From assembly GCA_002686955.1 (NCBI GenBank), contig NYZA01000143.1, forward strand, positions 6,974-70,973: a stretch of 64,000 bases of DNA, given 5' to 3'. The translations under genes and the position numbers were made by a program. This DNA comes from Gemmatimonadota bacterium (GTDB lineage: Bacteria; GCA-2686955). The notes under the pieces are model-generated. The model saw nothing but the letters and a program-made list of their open reading frames with translations. It did not search any database and was not told the DNA's origin. This document shows, piece by piece, positions 37,212 to 47,115 of this stretch. Position 1 is the stretch's first letter. Each line of letters opens with the position of its first letter.

Positions 37212-39182
37212 CTACCAGAGACTCAGAAACACGAGGGGCGGCGTCGCGGTGTTGTCCAACCGCTCGACGACGATCTGAAGACGCCGTATGCGAACGCCCG
37301 GTTCGAATCCGGATCGGAATCCAACGTTTCCACTCCTTTCGGTCAACACTGGACGCTCGAGGATCGGCGCCCCGTTCACGAGCCCCGTCAGTCGCCCGTG
37401 GTCGTTTCGAAGAGCTAAACGTGTCCACTGCCCCTCCCGCAAACGCCAAGAGCTCGAGCTGACTCCGACCGCCTCGCTACCGCGATAGTGGAGCAAGGCG
37501 CTCGAGAGGGAGTCGGTGCTGCTGACCCTGAAGGCGTGATGCGATTCGACGGTTCTTCGCGAGATGAGATCGATGCCGCCTCCCGGGCCCAAAGCTTGGA
37601 TCTCGGCGCTGATTTCGGTGATCGCGAGCTCATTCGATTCGGGCATCGCAAAAAGAAGTTCATCGAAGTGAGAAAGCGTGACGGTGGAATCCCGCCCGAG
37701 GCCGACGGGGTTCGGAGGGCGGGTGGAATCGGGGAATGCCGGCAACCAGATCCACTGGCTCGGATCGAGCACTTCGGAATGATACAGCGCGGGGTCACCG
37801 GGCAACTGGGCCCGAGAGGGTGCACCCGTTACAGTCAGCACCGTGTCGGTCATTGGAAGCGACGGCACGATTCCCGGTCGATTGTGGTACCGCCTCCCCC
37901 GCAAAGTATCGATCGCTGCGGAACCGCTTTCTGATCGCCGGCCAGGCAAGGTCACCGCGGTGCGGTCCCCCGACCGACCAAGCCGCGAGGCCACTACGAG
38001 CGTGTCGACCGTCACCATCGACGCTTCGGTTTCCTCGGACGGTCGCATCAAGACGACCAAGGTGTCGGCGGAGACCAGCTTCGTCTCCATCTCCTGGCCC
38101 AGCTCGATACGACGGGTCAAATACGGGTTGTTTTGGCCAAGCCCGCCCCCTTTTCCGCCTCTTGGCCGCAAGGGCAAATGCTGAGCCCAGATCACCGCTA
38201 CCGCCAAAAGGGGCAGGTGGAGAAGACCAACTGCGCTTTTTCGAACCGACCTGGACCGAGAGAGCCAGTGATAACGCAAACAGACGAAGCAGGCCAACCC
38301 AATGCCAGCCATACCCGCCATACCGTAACCTCCCGAAACAATCCCACCCCACATCGATCCGGCCACGATGGCGACCGCCCAGGCTGCCTGGTTGAGCGTC
38401 CTTCTGATCGCGACGACGAGACCGACTCCCGCCTCGGCCCAAACCGAAAGCGCAATCCAAAGCAGGACCACGACCGACAGATTCCTCGCCACTCGTAATA
38501 TGCGATCCAGGCGAAGGGGAGGCTTCGTCCCGGTCGGAAGAGAGGTTGCCTTGAGCTCTCTCATCCTCACTATTCCGGATAACGACTCCACGCCGATCTC
38601 ACCCCAGCCGTGACAGAGGTGAACCCAGCTTCCGTGGTCCACGCCGTTGACGTAGAGCCAATGCGTGCCCGCCCGACTCTTGATCCGAATGGAGTGCCAG
38701 GCTCCGGCCTCGAACCGGGGGATTGCCGGGACCGCCGATTGCCCGGATCGCCGGCGCGGCCCATAGACAGCTCCAGGAAGCGTTCCCAAGACCACCTCAT
38801 GACCGACGGCCGGACCAGACCCCAGAGAATCGAGTGTCCGCCGTGCGGCGCCCATTCCGACCGGCACCGCGTGAAAGCTGACGCCACACTCCCCTCCGGT
38901 GGGGAGCATCAGCTCGACCCGCAGATCGAGATCGCGAAGGAGCTCCCGCTCCAGCCGCAGCTCATCACCAGGAAAGACGACCCGCTCGCCGGCCAAACCC
39001 ACGGCGGCATCCGCCTCCACCCACCTCAGGTCGGGCGAGGGGGGACGGTAACCCGCCAGCTTCTCGTCTCCCACCGACGCCGCCATCAGCCCCGCGAGGA
39101 GCACGCAGAGCACGATCGCGAATTGGGCTATCCGTCTGAGCATGAAAAGGGCTGAGTCCTCGCCGATCGTCTTGCCTGACAC
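37212..39182 (-). CDS. Hypothetical polytopic membrane protein with beta-sandwich (lectin/LamG-like) regions
   Basis: 656 aa, first gene of the minus-strand operon with the SGNH-TPR and B12-rSAM genes. No confident family. The start may be the internal Met at 39143. Confidence 0.4.
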   Translation of the reverse strand: MSGKTIGEDSALFMLRRIAQFAIVLCVLLAGLMAASVGDEKLAGYRPPSPDLRWVEADAAVGLAGERVVFPGDELRLERELLRDLDLRVELMLPTGGECGVSFHAVPVGMGAARRTLDSLGSGPAVGHEVVLGTLPGAVYGPRRRSGQSAVPAIPRFEAGAWHSIRIKSRAGTHWLYVNGVDHGSWVHLCHGWGEIGVESLSGIVRMRELKATSLPTGTKPPLRLDRILRVARNLSVVVLLWIALSVWAEAGVGLVVAIRRTLNQAAWAVAIVAGSMWGGIVSGGYGMAGMAGIGLACFVCLRYHWLSRSRSVRKSAVGLLHLPLLAVAVIWAQHLPLRPRGGKGGGLGQNNPYLTRRIELGQEMETKLVSADTLVVLMRPSEETEASMVTVDTLVVASRLGRSGDRTAVTLPGRRSESGSAAIDTLRGRRYHNRPGIVPSLPMTDTVLTVTGAPSRAQLPGDPALYHSEVLDPSQWIWLPAFPDSTRPPNPVGLGRDSTVTLSHFDELLFAMPESNELAITEISAEIQALGPGGGIDLISRRTVESHHAFRVSSTDSLSSALLHYRGSEAVGVSSSSWRLREGQWTRLALRNDHGRLTGLVNGAPILERPVLTERSGNVGFRSGFEPGVRIRRLQIVVERLDNTATPPLVFLSLW

Positions 39183-41070
39183 CGGTTCTACCGCTGATAC
39201 TACAGCGCCTCGTCAATCCACTACTCCCCAAAGCGACCACGCAAAGAGGCTTCGCATCGTCACACCGAAGCGCAAGGAACGGAGTGAAAGCGGGCGTATT
39301 TCACGCTCGCTGGCGATCATCGTGATCGTGGGGGCGTTGCTCCGGCTTCGAGGAATCGGGTTCAGCATGATGCTGCCGGAGGGCTTCATCGGCCATTGGC
39401 ACCCCGACGAGTTCGGAGTGGTGGGCTGGGGGGGAAATCTGTGGCCCGATCTCGATCCCCACTACTGGGGCTACCCCGCGCTCCACCTTTATGCGATCGG
39501 CGCGCTCAATGGACTGGGCTATCAGATCGCGCGGCTGCTGGGGCTGGAGAGCGGGCTCGACTATCGTGCATTCATCGATGCCGTCTTCGGCCTGCGCTAT
39601 TTGATCGCGCGCCTCGTCTCGGTCGTTGCCGGATGTGCGACCATCTATCTGATCGGGCGCCATGGTGCGGTCATCGCCGGGGGCAGGGGATGGCTCGGGG
39701 CGCTCGGGGGCGCGGTTCTCCTCGCCCTGAGCCCACTGCACATTCAGCACTCCCACTACGGAACACTTGATGCCCTCTTCACGCTGCTGTGCACCGCATC
39801 GCTCTTCGCCTTCATGCGCCTCCGGTCGCGCGGTGACATCGGCGCGCATCTATTGGCGGGGCTTCTCCTCGGGCTGACGGTTTCGGAGAAGTACAACGCC
39901 GTTGTGCTCCTGGCGCCCTACGTGGTCGCCCTACTCCTCCTCGCTCGGCACGATTCGCGCCGCAGCTGGATCAAGGGATCGCTCGCGGGCTTGAGCGTGG
40001 CGCTGGTGGTGGCGCTGACGATCAATATCTATCTCTTCTTGCACTGGACGACATCCTCGGCGGAGCTCGCGCGGAATATTCAAAAGGTCGTGTTCTACGA
40101 GGCCCGCTACCCGGACGATCTCTGGGTGAAGTACCTCGATCTGCTGCGGCTCCATGTGGGACACAGCCTGATCGCACTCGCGATCATCGGGTGTGTTGCG
40201 TGGATCTGGAAGCGAGATGCGGCCGCCGCGATCGGTGCAACCTACCTGTTGAGCTTCTACGCCCTCCTGACGGTATTCACGCTGCAAACACCGCGCTACG
40301 CCCTGCCGCTCGTCCCCGTTCTATTGCTCCTGACGATGCGCGGATCGTGGACGACCGCAAGAGGTCTATGCGCGCTCCCGATTCTCTATGGGAAGCGGCG
40401 ATTCGATTTCATCACGAGGGTGGTCGCGGTGGTTTTGCTGGTAGTCTCGGTGACTGAGACCGCTCCCGCTCTCGGCGCGCTCGGGCCGCTCTTCACCTCG
40501 CCGGACACCCGCCTGCGGGCATCGAGGTGGATCGAGGCGAATGTCCCGGCGGGCACCCGAATCGCCCTCGAATCGTCCGGCCACTACGGCCCGACACTCG
40601 ACGACCGAAGTTTCGATCTGATCGAGCTCAATTTCCTCGAGGGCCACGTTGGGTACGGCAAATTCATTCGGGAGGTGCCCTATCTCCTCGTGGGCCACGA
40701 TGAGATCTACTCACCGGACGATATCGCCGTCGGGTGGACGACCTACTCACGCGTGATCGACGCCACGCATCCGATCGAGGCTCGCGCGAAGGCCGAGGCC
40801 TTGGCCAGATCGTTGGACCTCAATGTTTGGGAACTGCGCGAGAACGCCCGCACCGCCGATTTCGAGGCATTGCTTCGACTTCGTCCCGGCTACATCGTTG
40901 TCACGGAGTTGATGTATCAAAACTCCGAGACCCTCGCCTTCCGATCGTTCTACGAGAAGCTCGACGAAGATCCTCGCTGTCGACTCGTGCGACAATTCCC
41001 GGGGCTGCTCCACGAGTACTCCTTCCACCACCCCGAGATCCTCGTGTACGAGGTGAACTCGAAGTTCTGA
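39142..41070 (+). CDS. GT39/ArnT/PMT-like membrane glycosyltransferase (start uncertain)
   Basis: N-terminal TM core with ...HPDEFGVVGWGGNLW... and later ...HSHYGTLDALFTLLCTASL..., then a large C-terminal soluble domain. The GT-C fold is inferred. The track ATG at 39142 overlaps the divergent gene, and an in-frame GTG at 39322 is plausible. Confidence 0.45.
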   Translation: MKRAESSPIVLPDTGSTADTTAPRQSTTPQSDHAKRLRIVTPKRKERSESGRISRSLAIIVIVGALLRLRGIGFSMMLPEGFIGHWHPDEFGVVGWGGNLWPDLDPHYWGYPALHLYAIGALNGLGYQIARLLGLESGLDYRAFIDAVFGLRYLIARLVSVVAGCATIYLIGRHGAVIAGGRGWLGALGGAVLLALSPLHIQHSHYGTLDALFTLLCTASLFAFMRLRSRGDIGAHLLAGLLLGLTVSEKYNAVVLLAPYVVALLLLARHDSRRSWIKGSLAGLSVALVVALTINIYLFLHWTTSSAELARNIQKVVFYEARYPDDLWVKYLDLLRLHVGHSLIALAIIGCVAWIWKRDAAAAIGATYLLSFYALLTVFTLQTPRYALPLVPVLLLLTMRGSWTTARGLCALPILYGKRRFDFITRVVAVVLLVVSVTETAPALGALGPLFTSPDTRLRASRWIEANVPAGTRIALESSGHYGPTLDDRSFDLIELNFLEGHVGYGKFIREVPYLLVGHDEIYSPDDIAVGWTTYSRVIDATHPIEARAKAEALARSLDLNVWELRENARTADFEALLRLRPGYIVVTELMYQNSETLAFRSFYEKLDEDPRCRLVRQFPGLLHEYSFHHPEILVYEVNSKF

Positions 41071-41177
41071 CCCGGGGCTTGTTCAAGCGCTGAGCAGGCC
41101 TGAGCGCCCCATGAACAGGGTGTTCTTCATTCGAACAGATCACGCCTTTTCCCGCCCCACAAACAAGCAACTTACGT

Positions 41178-41193
41178 TGGCACGCACGTTGCT
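41178..41193 (+). promoter_or_regulatory. Sigma-54 (RpoN) -24/-12 promoter TGGCAC-N5-TTGCT
   Basis: Seen directly: ttggcacgcacgttgcttg. It lies about 30 nt upstream of a GGAG-type RBS and the ATG at 41226. Confidence 0.5.
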
Positions 41194-41225
41194 TGATGTC
41201 CTGGCGTGGAGCAGAGGAGAGGGTC

Positions 41226-42029
41226 ATGAAGCCACTGGAATCGGTGGGCGGAACCCGCCCCCCAACACATATTTGGAGCCCCGAGCGCCCGCGCGAAGCA
41301 CAACGCGAACCCGCAACCGGCGGCGCTGACGCGCAGCCCGAACTCCGCCCAGTTTCGTTCGAGACACAACTGACGGACCAACAGCTCAACCGTCGAACCG
41401 ATGCGAGAGAGCTTCGTAGCGGAGCCACCGATCTCGCTCGACTCAGCCGTGCGGCGGGAAAGATGTCGGGATCGCTTCGCGAGCTTCGCTCCTTGGCGTC
41501 GCGATCGAGCGAGATCAGCGTGAAGGACGAATGGAGTCGCGCCGAGATTCAAGGGCGTGTACAGGAGCTGATGCGCTATATGCGCAACGTCGCGGCCGAT
41601 TCGAGGCCGGAGCCGCCCAGGTTCTCGATCGAGACATCGAGGGGATCGATCGAGTTTCCACCCAGCGATCTCAGCCAGACCGCCCGGCAGATGGAGCGAG
41701 AGATCGATCTGAACAGCGTTTCCAGCGCCCGAACGAGCGTTGCGGCCGCGGGCCGGGCGCTTCAGGCGATACGCGAAATGCGCGCCGAGCTTTCCGAGTT
41801 CTCGAGGCAACAGCTCGCGCCGGCCCGGAACGCTGCCGATGTCGCGCGCGCCAATGCCGAGGCAGCCGAATCGACCCTGATGTGGGACGAATCCGCTCTC
41901 GAAGACGCGCACGCCGCGCAGGAAGCGGCGGACTCGGTGGCCGCCGTTCTCAAGGAGCAACTGGCCGAGACCCTCCGCGCGCACGAGACCCTCGACGGAG
42001 CCAGAATCGGCGCGCTCCTCACTGCCTGA
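41226..42029 (+). CDS. Hypothetical coiled-coil protein (Ala/Glu/Arg-rich), sigma-54-dependent candidate
   Basis: 267 aa from MKPLESVGG, with a good RBS. No family assigned. A flagellin-like call was considered and rejected. Confidence 0.4.
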   Translation: MKPLESVGGTRPPTHIWSPERPREAQREPATGGADAQPELRPVSFETQLTDQQLNRRTDARELRSGATDLARLSRAAGKMSGSLRELRSLASRSSEISVKDEWSRAEIQGRVQELMRYMRNVAADSRPEPPRFSIETSRGSIEFPPSDLSQTARQMEREIDLNSVSSARTSVAAAGRALQAIREMRAELSEFSRQQLAPARNAADVARANAEAAESTLMWDESALEDAHAAQEAADSVAAVLKEQLAETLRAHETLDGARIGALLTA

Positions 42030-42245
42030 TCAGTGCCACTCCCAGTCGATGAAGCCGGGCTGGACCTCTTCCATTGCGTTGACCATCAGCTCGACCAGTC
42101 CGCTGTAATAGATCCCCGCCTTCTCCCACGCATCGTAATAGTTGATGATATCTCGGAGCTGGCCCTTGCAGTTGCTGCATGGAGCGCATAGGTACTTCAG
42201 CGCGAGCGCTGCGCGAGCCGCACTCCGGAGCCGCCGGTCGTATGG

Positions 42246-43541
42246 CTACTTCTTGACGTCGCCGGTGGCGGCGCCGTGCATCTTGATCTCCACCTTCTCT
42301 TCCAGATTGTCGTAGTAGTTCTTCAAGATCGCGACGACCTCGGGCTTCGAGAACTCCTTCGGCACCGGCTTTCCTTCGCTCATCAGCTTGCGAAGCATCG
42401 TGCCCGACAGAAGCAGGCGAGATCCGCCCTGATACTGGCCCTCGTCGTCGATGACCGCCTTGCTATCGTGCGGGCAGGTCTTCATCGAAGCCATGGTGCC
42501 GCAGTCGTAGCAGTAGAAAGTCCAATCGAGGGGCAACGGCTGCAGATCGAGCGCGCCCTTCGGAATCTCATGGAAGATCTGCTGCGCGTCGAATGGGCCG
42601 TAGTAGTCGCCGACACCGGCGTGATCCCGGCCCACGATCAGGTGGCTGCAACCGTAGTTTTGCCGGAAGACCGCGTGGAGCAGGGCCTCACGCGGACCGG
42701 CGTAGCGCATCTCCATCGGATAACCACCCTGGATGATCCGCTCTTCACGGAAGTAGTTCTTCACGAGGGCGTCGATGGCGGAAACCCGGACATCCGCGGG
42801 GATGTCGCCTGGCTTCAGCTTGCCGACGAGCTGGTGGATGTAAACGCCATCGCAAATCTCATTGGCGATCCACGCGAGATAGGCGTGCGAATTGTGCATC
42901 GGATTGCGAAGCTGCAAGGCCGCGACCGTGCTCCAACCACGCTCCTCGAACATAGCCCGCGCCTCCGCCGGACGCTGGTAGATCTCCTTGAACATCTCGG
43001 GGTAGTAAGACTCGGAGAGCACCTTGACCGGGCCGGCGAGATTCACGTCGGCCTGCTCCATCACCTTCGCAACGCCGGGGTGCTCCGGGTCGGTAGTGGT
43101 GAAGATCTGTTTGCACTCGAAGGCCTTGTCGATCGTGTACTTCTCGGTGACCTTCATGGTCCCCATGATCGCGCCGGTTTCGGTGTCGACCAGCGCCACC
43201 TCCTCACCCAGTCCGATCGAGTCCGACAGACCTTGCTCGGCCGAGAGGGTGATCGGGATCGGCCAGAAAAGACCGTTCAGTGATGGCAGCGTGAATTCAG
43301 CGCAGCATCCTTTCCAGTCGTCCTTGTTCATGAATCCCGTCAACGGGGTGAACGCACCGATTCCCATCATGATGAGATCTGAGGTCTCCCTCGTCGTCAT
43401 CGGGACCTTCTTGAGGCCTTCGGTTTTCGCCAGCTCCGCATCCCTCTCCTGCCCGTCGAGCAGAAGCGGCTTGAGATCTTGCCCGCCATGGGGCTTGACC
43501 AACATGCTCATATTCTCTTTCTCCAGTGTGTTTCTACTCAC
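42246..43541 (-). CDS. sat: Sulfate adenylyltransferase (ATP sulfurylase, homo-oligomeric Sat type)
   Basis: ...[13 protein letters not shown]...[20 protein letters not shown]... are the canonical HxxH and GRD motifs. 431 aa. The start overlaps the upstream gene's stop (ATGA). Confidence 0.9.
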   Translation of the reverse strand: MSRNTLEKENMSMLVKPHGGQDLKPLLLDGQERDAELAKTEGLKKVPMTTRETSDLIMMGIGAFTPLTGFMNKDDWKGCCAEFTLPSLNGLFWPIPITLSAEQGLSDSIGLGEEVALVDTETGAIMGTMKVTEKYTIDKAFECKQIFTTTDPEHPGVAKVMEQADVNLAGPVKVLSESYYPEMFKEIYQRPAEARAMFEERGWSTVAALQLRNPMHNSHAYLAWIANEICDGVYIHQLVGKLKPGDIPADVRVSAIDALVKNYFREERIIQGGYPMEMRYAGPREALLHAVFRQNYGCSHLIVGRDHAGVGDYYGPFDAQQIFHEIPKGALDLQPLPLDWTFYCYDCGTMASMKTCPHDSKAVIDDEGQYQGGSRLLLSGTMLRKLMSEGKPVPKEFSKPEVVAILKNYYDNLEEKVEIKMHGAATGDVKK

Positions 43542-44884
43542 GAGGGCGCGAATGCCATGCGTTCATGAACCATGGCCAGCGTTCTGTAGAGCAAATGCGC
43601 GGATTTCGAGTAGGGAGTTGTCAGGAAAAGACAGAGCACGGCACCCAGGTGAACCACGTAGAGCGCGCAGTTGAGAGCGGTGGGCAGAAAGAACCGCCCG
43701 GCTTCAACGAACACACCCGAGAAGATCACCAGAGCTACGATGCTCAAGAAAAAACTGTCGAACGCCGTGGACGCACCAGATTCGGATTCCTTCGCGAGTC
43801 GATTGCGCACCAGCATGATACCATCGACGACCAGGAAGATCGCCGAGAGGTTGCCGAGTAGCTTGAAGGGGTGCTCCAGCGGCAAGGGCATGATCTCCCC
43901 CATGCCGTATATCTCTACGATCAGCAGGCCGGAGGTCACGGCGGCACCGATGAACCCCCACACCAGCGCCAGGTGACCTGTCTTTCGATTGTGGGCCGTT
44001 CCACAGTCGCCGAATCGCCGGTGCGTACCGATCTCAACCAAGACCGGCCAGAGACTCGCCAGAAACGAGCCCTGTCGCGATCCGGCGCCATCGAGCCCCG
44101 TCCAGAATCGCCACCCGCTCCGCCAGAGCGCCGCCGCCACAAGACCCGCGGTAGGGAAGAACACGGCATAGATCAAACTGTGCGGAACGAAGAGCTCGTA
44201 TGCGAAATCGCCATGCGGAAAAGGAGCCCGCGGCACGGCGAGGTGTCCGGTGATCGCCAGTGATGCCACGAAGAAAAGGATCGGTACGCTCAAGAGAACC
44301 GGCCAAGTCACGTTGGCCTTGGCCACGAGACGGCCCAGCACCGCCGGCACGGCCAATCTCTCGATTACCTTGGCTCTCACCGCCTGAAGCACATCCCCCG
44401 GGCGCGCGTTCTTGGGACACCTGGAAGTGCAGTCGTTGCATTGGTGACAAAGCCATATCGCCGGATCGGCTGCGAGCTCATCCATCAGTCCCCAACGAGC
44501 GAGCTGTACTTGCCGTCTGGGAGAGGCGATCTCCGCGGTCGTCAGATCGCAGACCGCCGTGCAGGTACCACACTGGCAACACTTCGTGATCGACTCGCCC
44601 CCTCCGGAGCGAATCGCCTTCCGATTCGCGGCGATCACTTCCGTCTCGGTCATCAAGCGAATGCGCGGGTTCCGTTCGATGCGCCCAACATTGATCTCCA
44701 TCCCACAAAGAGGTGGACAGAGTTTGGGGAAGTAGTTGTGATTCCGCAGGACGCGCCCCCCGATCGAGGGCTCGCGTTCGATGAGGACAACATCGTGGCC
44801 GGCGTCGGCGGCCTCCAGGGCCGTCGTTACTCCTGCGATCCCTGCTCCGATCGTAAGGATGGATCTCGATGCCGGTGTGGTCAC
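43538..44884 (-). CDS. Chimeric protein: HdrA/QmoA-like FAD-binding N-terminal fragment, 2x[4Fe-4S] ferredoxin, and QmoC/HdrE/NarI-like di-heme membrane domain
   Basis: N-terminal [36 protein letters not shown]...[13 protein letters not shown] is the HdrA/QmoA start. [12 protein letters not shown] and [12 protein letters not shown] are two ferredoxin motifs. The C-terminal ~230 aa are polytopic with His residues, NarI-like. Confidence 0.6.
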   Translation of the reverse strand: MTTPASRSILTIGAGIAGVTTALEAADAGHDVVLIEREPSIGGRVLRNHNYFPKLCPPLCGMEINVGRIERNPRIRLMTETEVIAANRKAIRSGGGESITKCCQCGTCTAVCDLTTAEIASPRRQVQLARWGLMDELAADPAIWLCHQCNDCTSRCPKNARPGDVLQAVRAKVIERLAVPAVLGRLVAKANVTWPVLLSVPILFFVASLAITGHLAVPRAPFPHGDFAYELFVPHSLIYAVFFPTAGLVAAALWRSGWRFWTGLDGAGSRQGSFLASLWPVLVEIGTHRRFGDCGTAHNRKTGHLALVWGFIGAAVTSGLLIVEIYGMGEIMPLPLEHPFKLLGNLSAIFLVVDGIMLVRNRLAKESESGASTAFDSFFLSIVALVIFSGVFVEAGRFFLPTALNCALYVVHLGAVLCLFLTTPYSKSAHLLYRTLAMVHERMAFAPS

Positions 44885-44889
44885 GGAGA

Positions 44890-46180
44890 ACTCCCTAGCT
44901 GAAGTTTCCCGGATCCGTCATGCAGCCATCTTGACCAGGATAGATAGAAACGAGTTTTTGTGCCGAATGCGTTCATCAGGGCAAAGTGTTCGTAAATCAG
45001 ATGGTTTCACGGCGTCGGTAAACTGTCTTCTGGCGTCAAAGAATGCGTAGAACCGTCGCGTTGTTGCGTTGTGCAGCCGTGCGGGAGTTTGCGCCGTTTG
45101 ATCGGTGTGGATCCAGGTTAGAGTGGCTGCCATCATGCAGAAGTGGAGGTGATTGGTCACCGCCACGGGGTTCCTGGTTTGGCTTCTTGCGCTGCCGATC
45201 TCCTGCTTCAGCTCCTTGAAGGCGGCCTCGATCTTCCAACGGGCAGCATAGTATTCGATGACTTGCTCCACCGTCAGGTTGAGGTCGGTGGTGAAGAGCG
45301 CAACCCAGGAGGTTTTGCGGTAGATCCATTCGGTGACGGCGAGGATAGTGCCTTGGTCGAAGGCGCGCGCAACGGCAATGAGCATCTCCCGTGCCTGTTC
45401 GATCTTGGTCTGAAACGTCACCGGGGTACGGCCAACTGTCATCTTCGCCGCGGCAATGGCCTTCTTGGAGTGATAGAAGCGGAAGGCAAGGGGCAGGCAT
45501 GCCCAGCCTCCCTTGATAGGCTTCAAGAGACCGATGGTCACGATGAGCTGCGCCCAGGCGTACCGCGTTTGGTTAGCTTTGGCAGCGTGGTCAAAGAACC
45601 ACTCGCAGCCGAAGATCTTCCTGCCGGTCTTGGGGTTGATGCTGTCATCAATGGCGACAAGCAACCGCTCATCAACGTATGGAGATGGGATCATCATCCA
45701 TACCGTGCTCCAGAGCTCCGCCCAGCGCAGCTTCGGTGGGGCCATAAACGTGTAGTAGCGGCGGAGGCTCACGCTCTCACCGAAGACCCAATGCAGAGCT
45801 CGAAGGAGATTTGAGGTACGTGCTGTCGAGAAGGGCATGATGATGGCCAGCATCGTCGAAACGAACCAGCGCGCCCTTTCACTACCGTTACGAGATGCTG
45901 GGAAAACCATACTCAAAGGACGAAGCAGATCGGCTACACTGGCCATGGAACGGGGCATCTCTTATGGTGTTGGCTGTCTTTTGTTCTCACGTAAGACATC
46001 ACCACATACGAGGTTCCCGTTCCACACCCCTGTCCGCTGTGACGGCGCCGACGCAGCGTGCCGATCGTAGCGCCGTGCCGCGCCACACACCAAACACGTG
46101 GCCGCTAAATAGGACGCAAAAGCCTGGCGACACTATATGCGTTCACAAGTGCCGCGATCTGCAACTGCGTCAATTATATT
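44890..46180 (-). mobile_element. IS4-superfamily insertion sequence (boundaries approximate)
   Basis: Contains the transposase 44918..45958. GC content is visibly lower than the flanks. It is inserted between the qmo-like gene start and a truncated cbiA. Terminal inverted repeats could not be located by eye. Confidence 0.4.
44918..45958 (-). CDS. DDE transposase, IS4/IS701-like
   Basis: C-terminal YAARWKIEAAFKELK is the Y-(2)-R-(3)-E-(6)-K signature of IS4-family transposases. 346 aa. Confidence 0.75.
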   Translation of the reverse strand: MPRSMASVADLLRPLSMVFPASRNGSERARWFVSTMLAIIMPFSTARTSNLLRALHWVFGESVSLRRYYTFMAPPKLRWAELWSTVWMMIPSPYVDERLLVAIDDSINPKTGRKIFGCEWFFDHAAKANQTRYAWAQLIVTIGLLKPIKGGWACLPLAFRFYHSKKAIAAAKMTVGRTPVTFQTKIEQAREMLIAVARAFDQGTILAVTEWIYRKTSWVALFTTDLNLTVEQVIEYYAARWKIEAAFKELKQEIGSARSQTRNPVAVTNHLHFCMMAATLTWIHTDQTAQTPARLHNATTRRFYAFFDARRQFTDAVKPSDLRTLCPDERIRHKNSFLSILVKMAA

Positions 46181-46800
46181 GTGTCGCTACACGGCCACGG
46201 AACCGTGAAACTTCAATCAAGAGGATCGCACTCGACGGCCCATCTCGCGAGATTGACCGACACATCGGTCGTGCTGGTCGTCGACGTATCGAAGTCGACA
46301 CGTACGGTTGCCGCCCAAGTGCTCGGCTGCCGAGAGCTGGAACCGGATTTGCAGCTCCGGGGCGTCATCCTCAATCGTGTCGGCACCAGTCGTCAGGAGA
46401 AGGTGATTCGAGAGGCGATCGCCATCGAGACCGGATTGCCAGTCCTCGGCGCGATTCCCCGACTCGAAAGAGAGCTGCTACCCAGCAGATATCTCGGTTT
46501 GGTCACCGCGTTCGAGCACCCGAGAATGACGGAGGTTCTCGGTAAACTGGCCACGCTTGCCGAAGAGCGGATCGATCTCTCGCAACTGCTCGAAGTCGCG
46601 CGCTCCGCGCCAACTCTTGCGCGGCTGGCGCCGCATCGTTCACACACCAGTGTTTCCAAGCCGGTCAACATCGGCGTCCTCAGAGATCGTGCGTTCTCCT
46701 TTTACTATCCGGAGAATCTCGAAGCGATCGCGGGGAGCGGCGCGGAGCTGATCGAGATCTCGCCGCTCCGGGACTCCACGCTGCCCGCGATCGATGCACT
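46181..46800 (+). pseudogene. cbiA: Cobyrinate a,c-diamide synthase (CbiA/CobB) internal fragment
   Basis: ...VVLVVDVSKSTRTVAAQVLGCRELEPDLQLRGVILNRVGTSRQEKVIREAI...LPVLGAIPR...NIGVLRDRAFSFYYPENLEAI...ISPLRD... is collinear with the CbiA middle region. The N-terminal P-loop part is absent (it begins at the IS edge), and the GATase part is lost after IDALYAI. Confidence 0.55.
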
Positions 46801-47115
46801 CTACGCTATCTGCACGCGCTCGGAACCCCGGAATGGGCTCCAAGCATGGCGCGAGCCGCCGCGGGAGGCTGGCGATGAACGACGAATCGGGCACCAACGC
46901 TCTCACCGCACCCGCGGTCGTGCTGGCCGTGGCGGAAGAGAATCCCACGCTTCTGGTTCCGGTGATCCCGGACCTTGTGCGCCTCAGCGCGGATGAGGAT
47001 CTGCGTCCGGATCTCGCGTCCGCCCTGTCCATCGTCGTCGATCGATGTCCGGGCGAGCTTGGTCGCTCTCTGACCGATGCAGTGAACACGGAACTCAGGA
47101 GGAGAGGTCGACGTC

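Noticed and set aside
41226-42029. Possible flagellin/FlgL-like identity of the sigma-54-driven 267-aa protein
   Set aside because: C-terminal Ala/Glu-rich heptads superficially resemble flagellin D0, but the N-terminus lacks the invariant RINSAKDDAAG-type segment and the C-terminal blocks are not collinear. Kept as a hypothetical coiled-coil protein.
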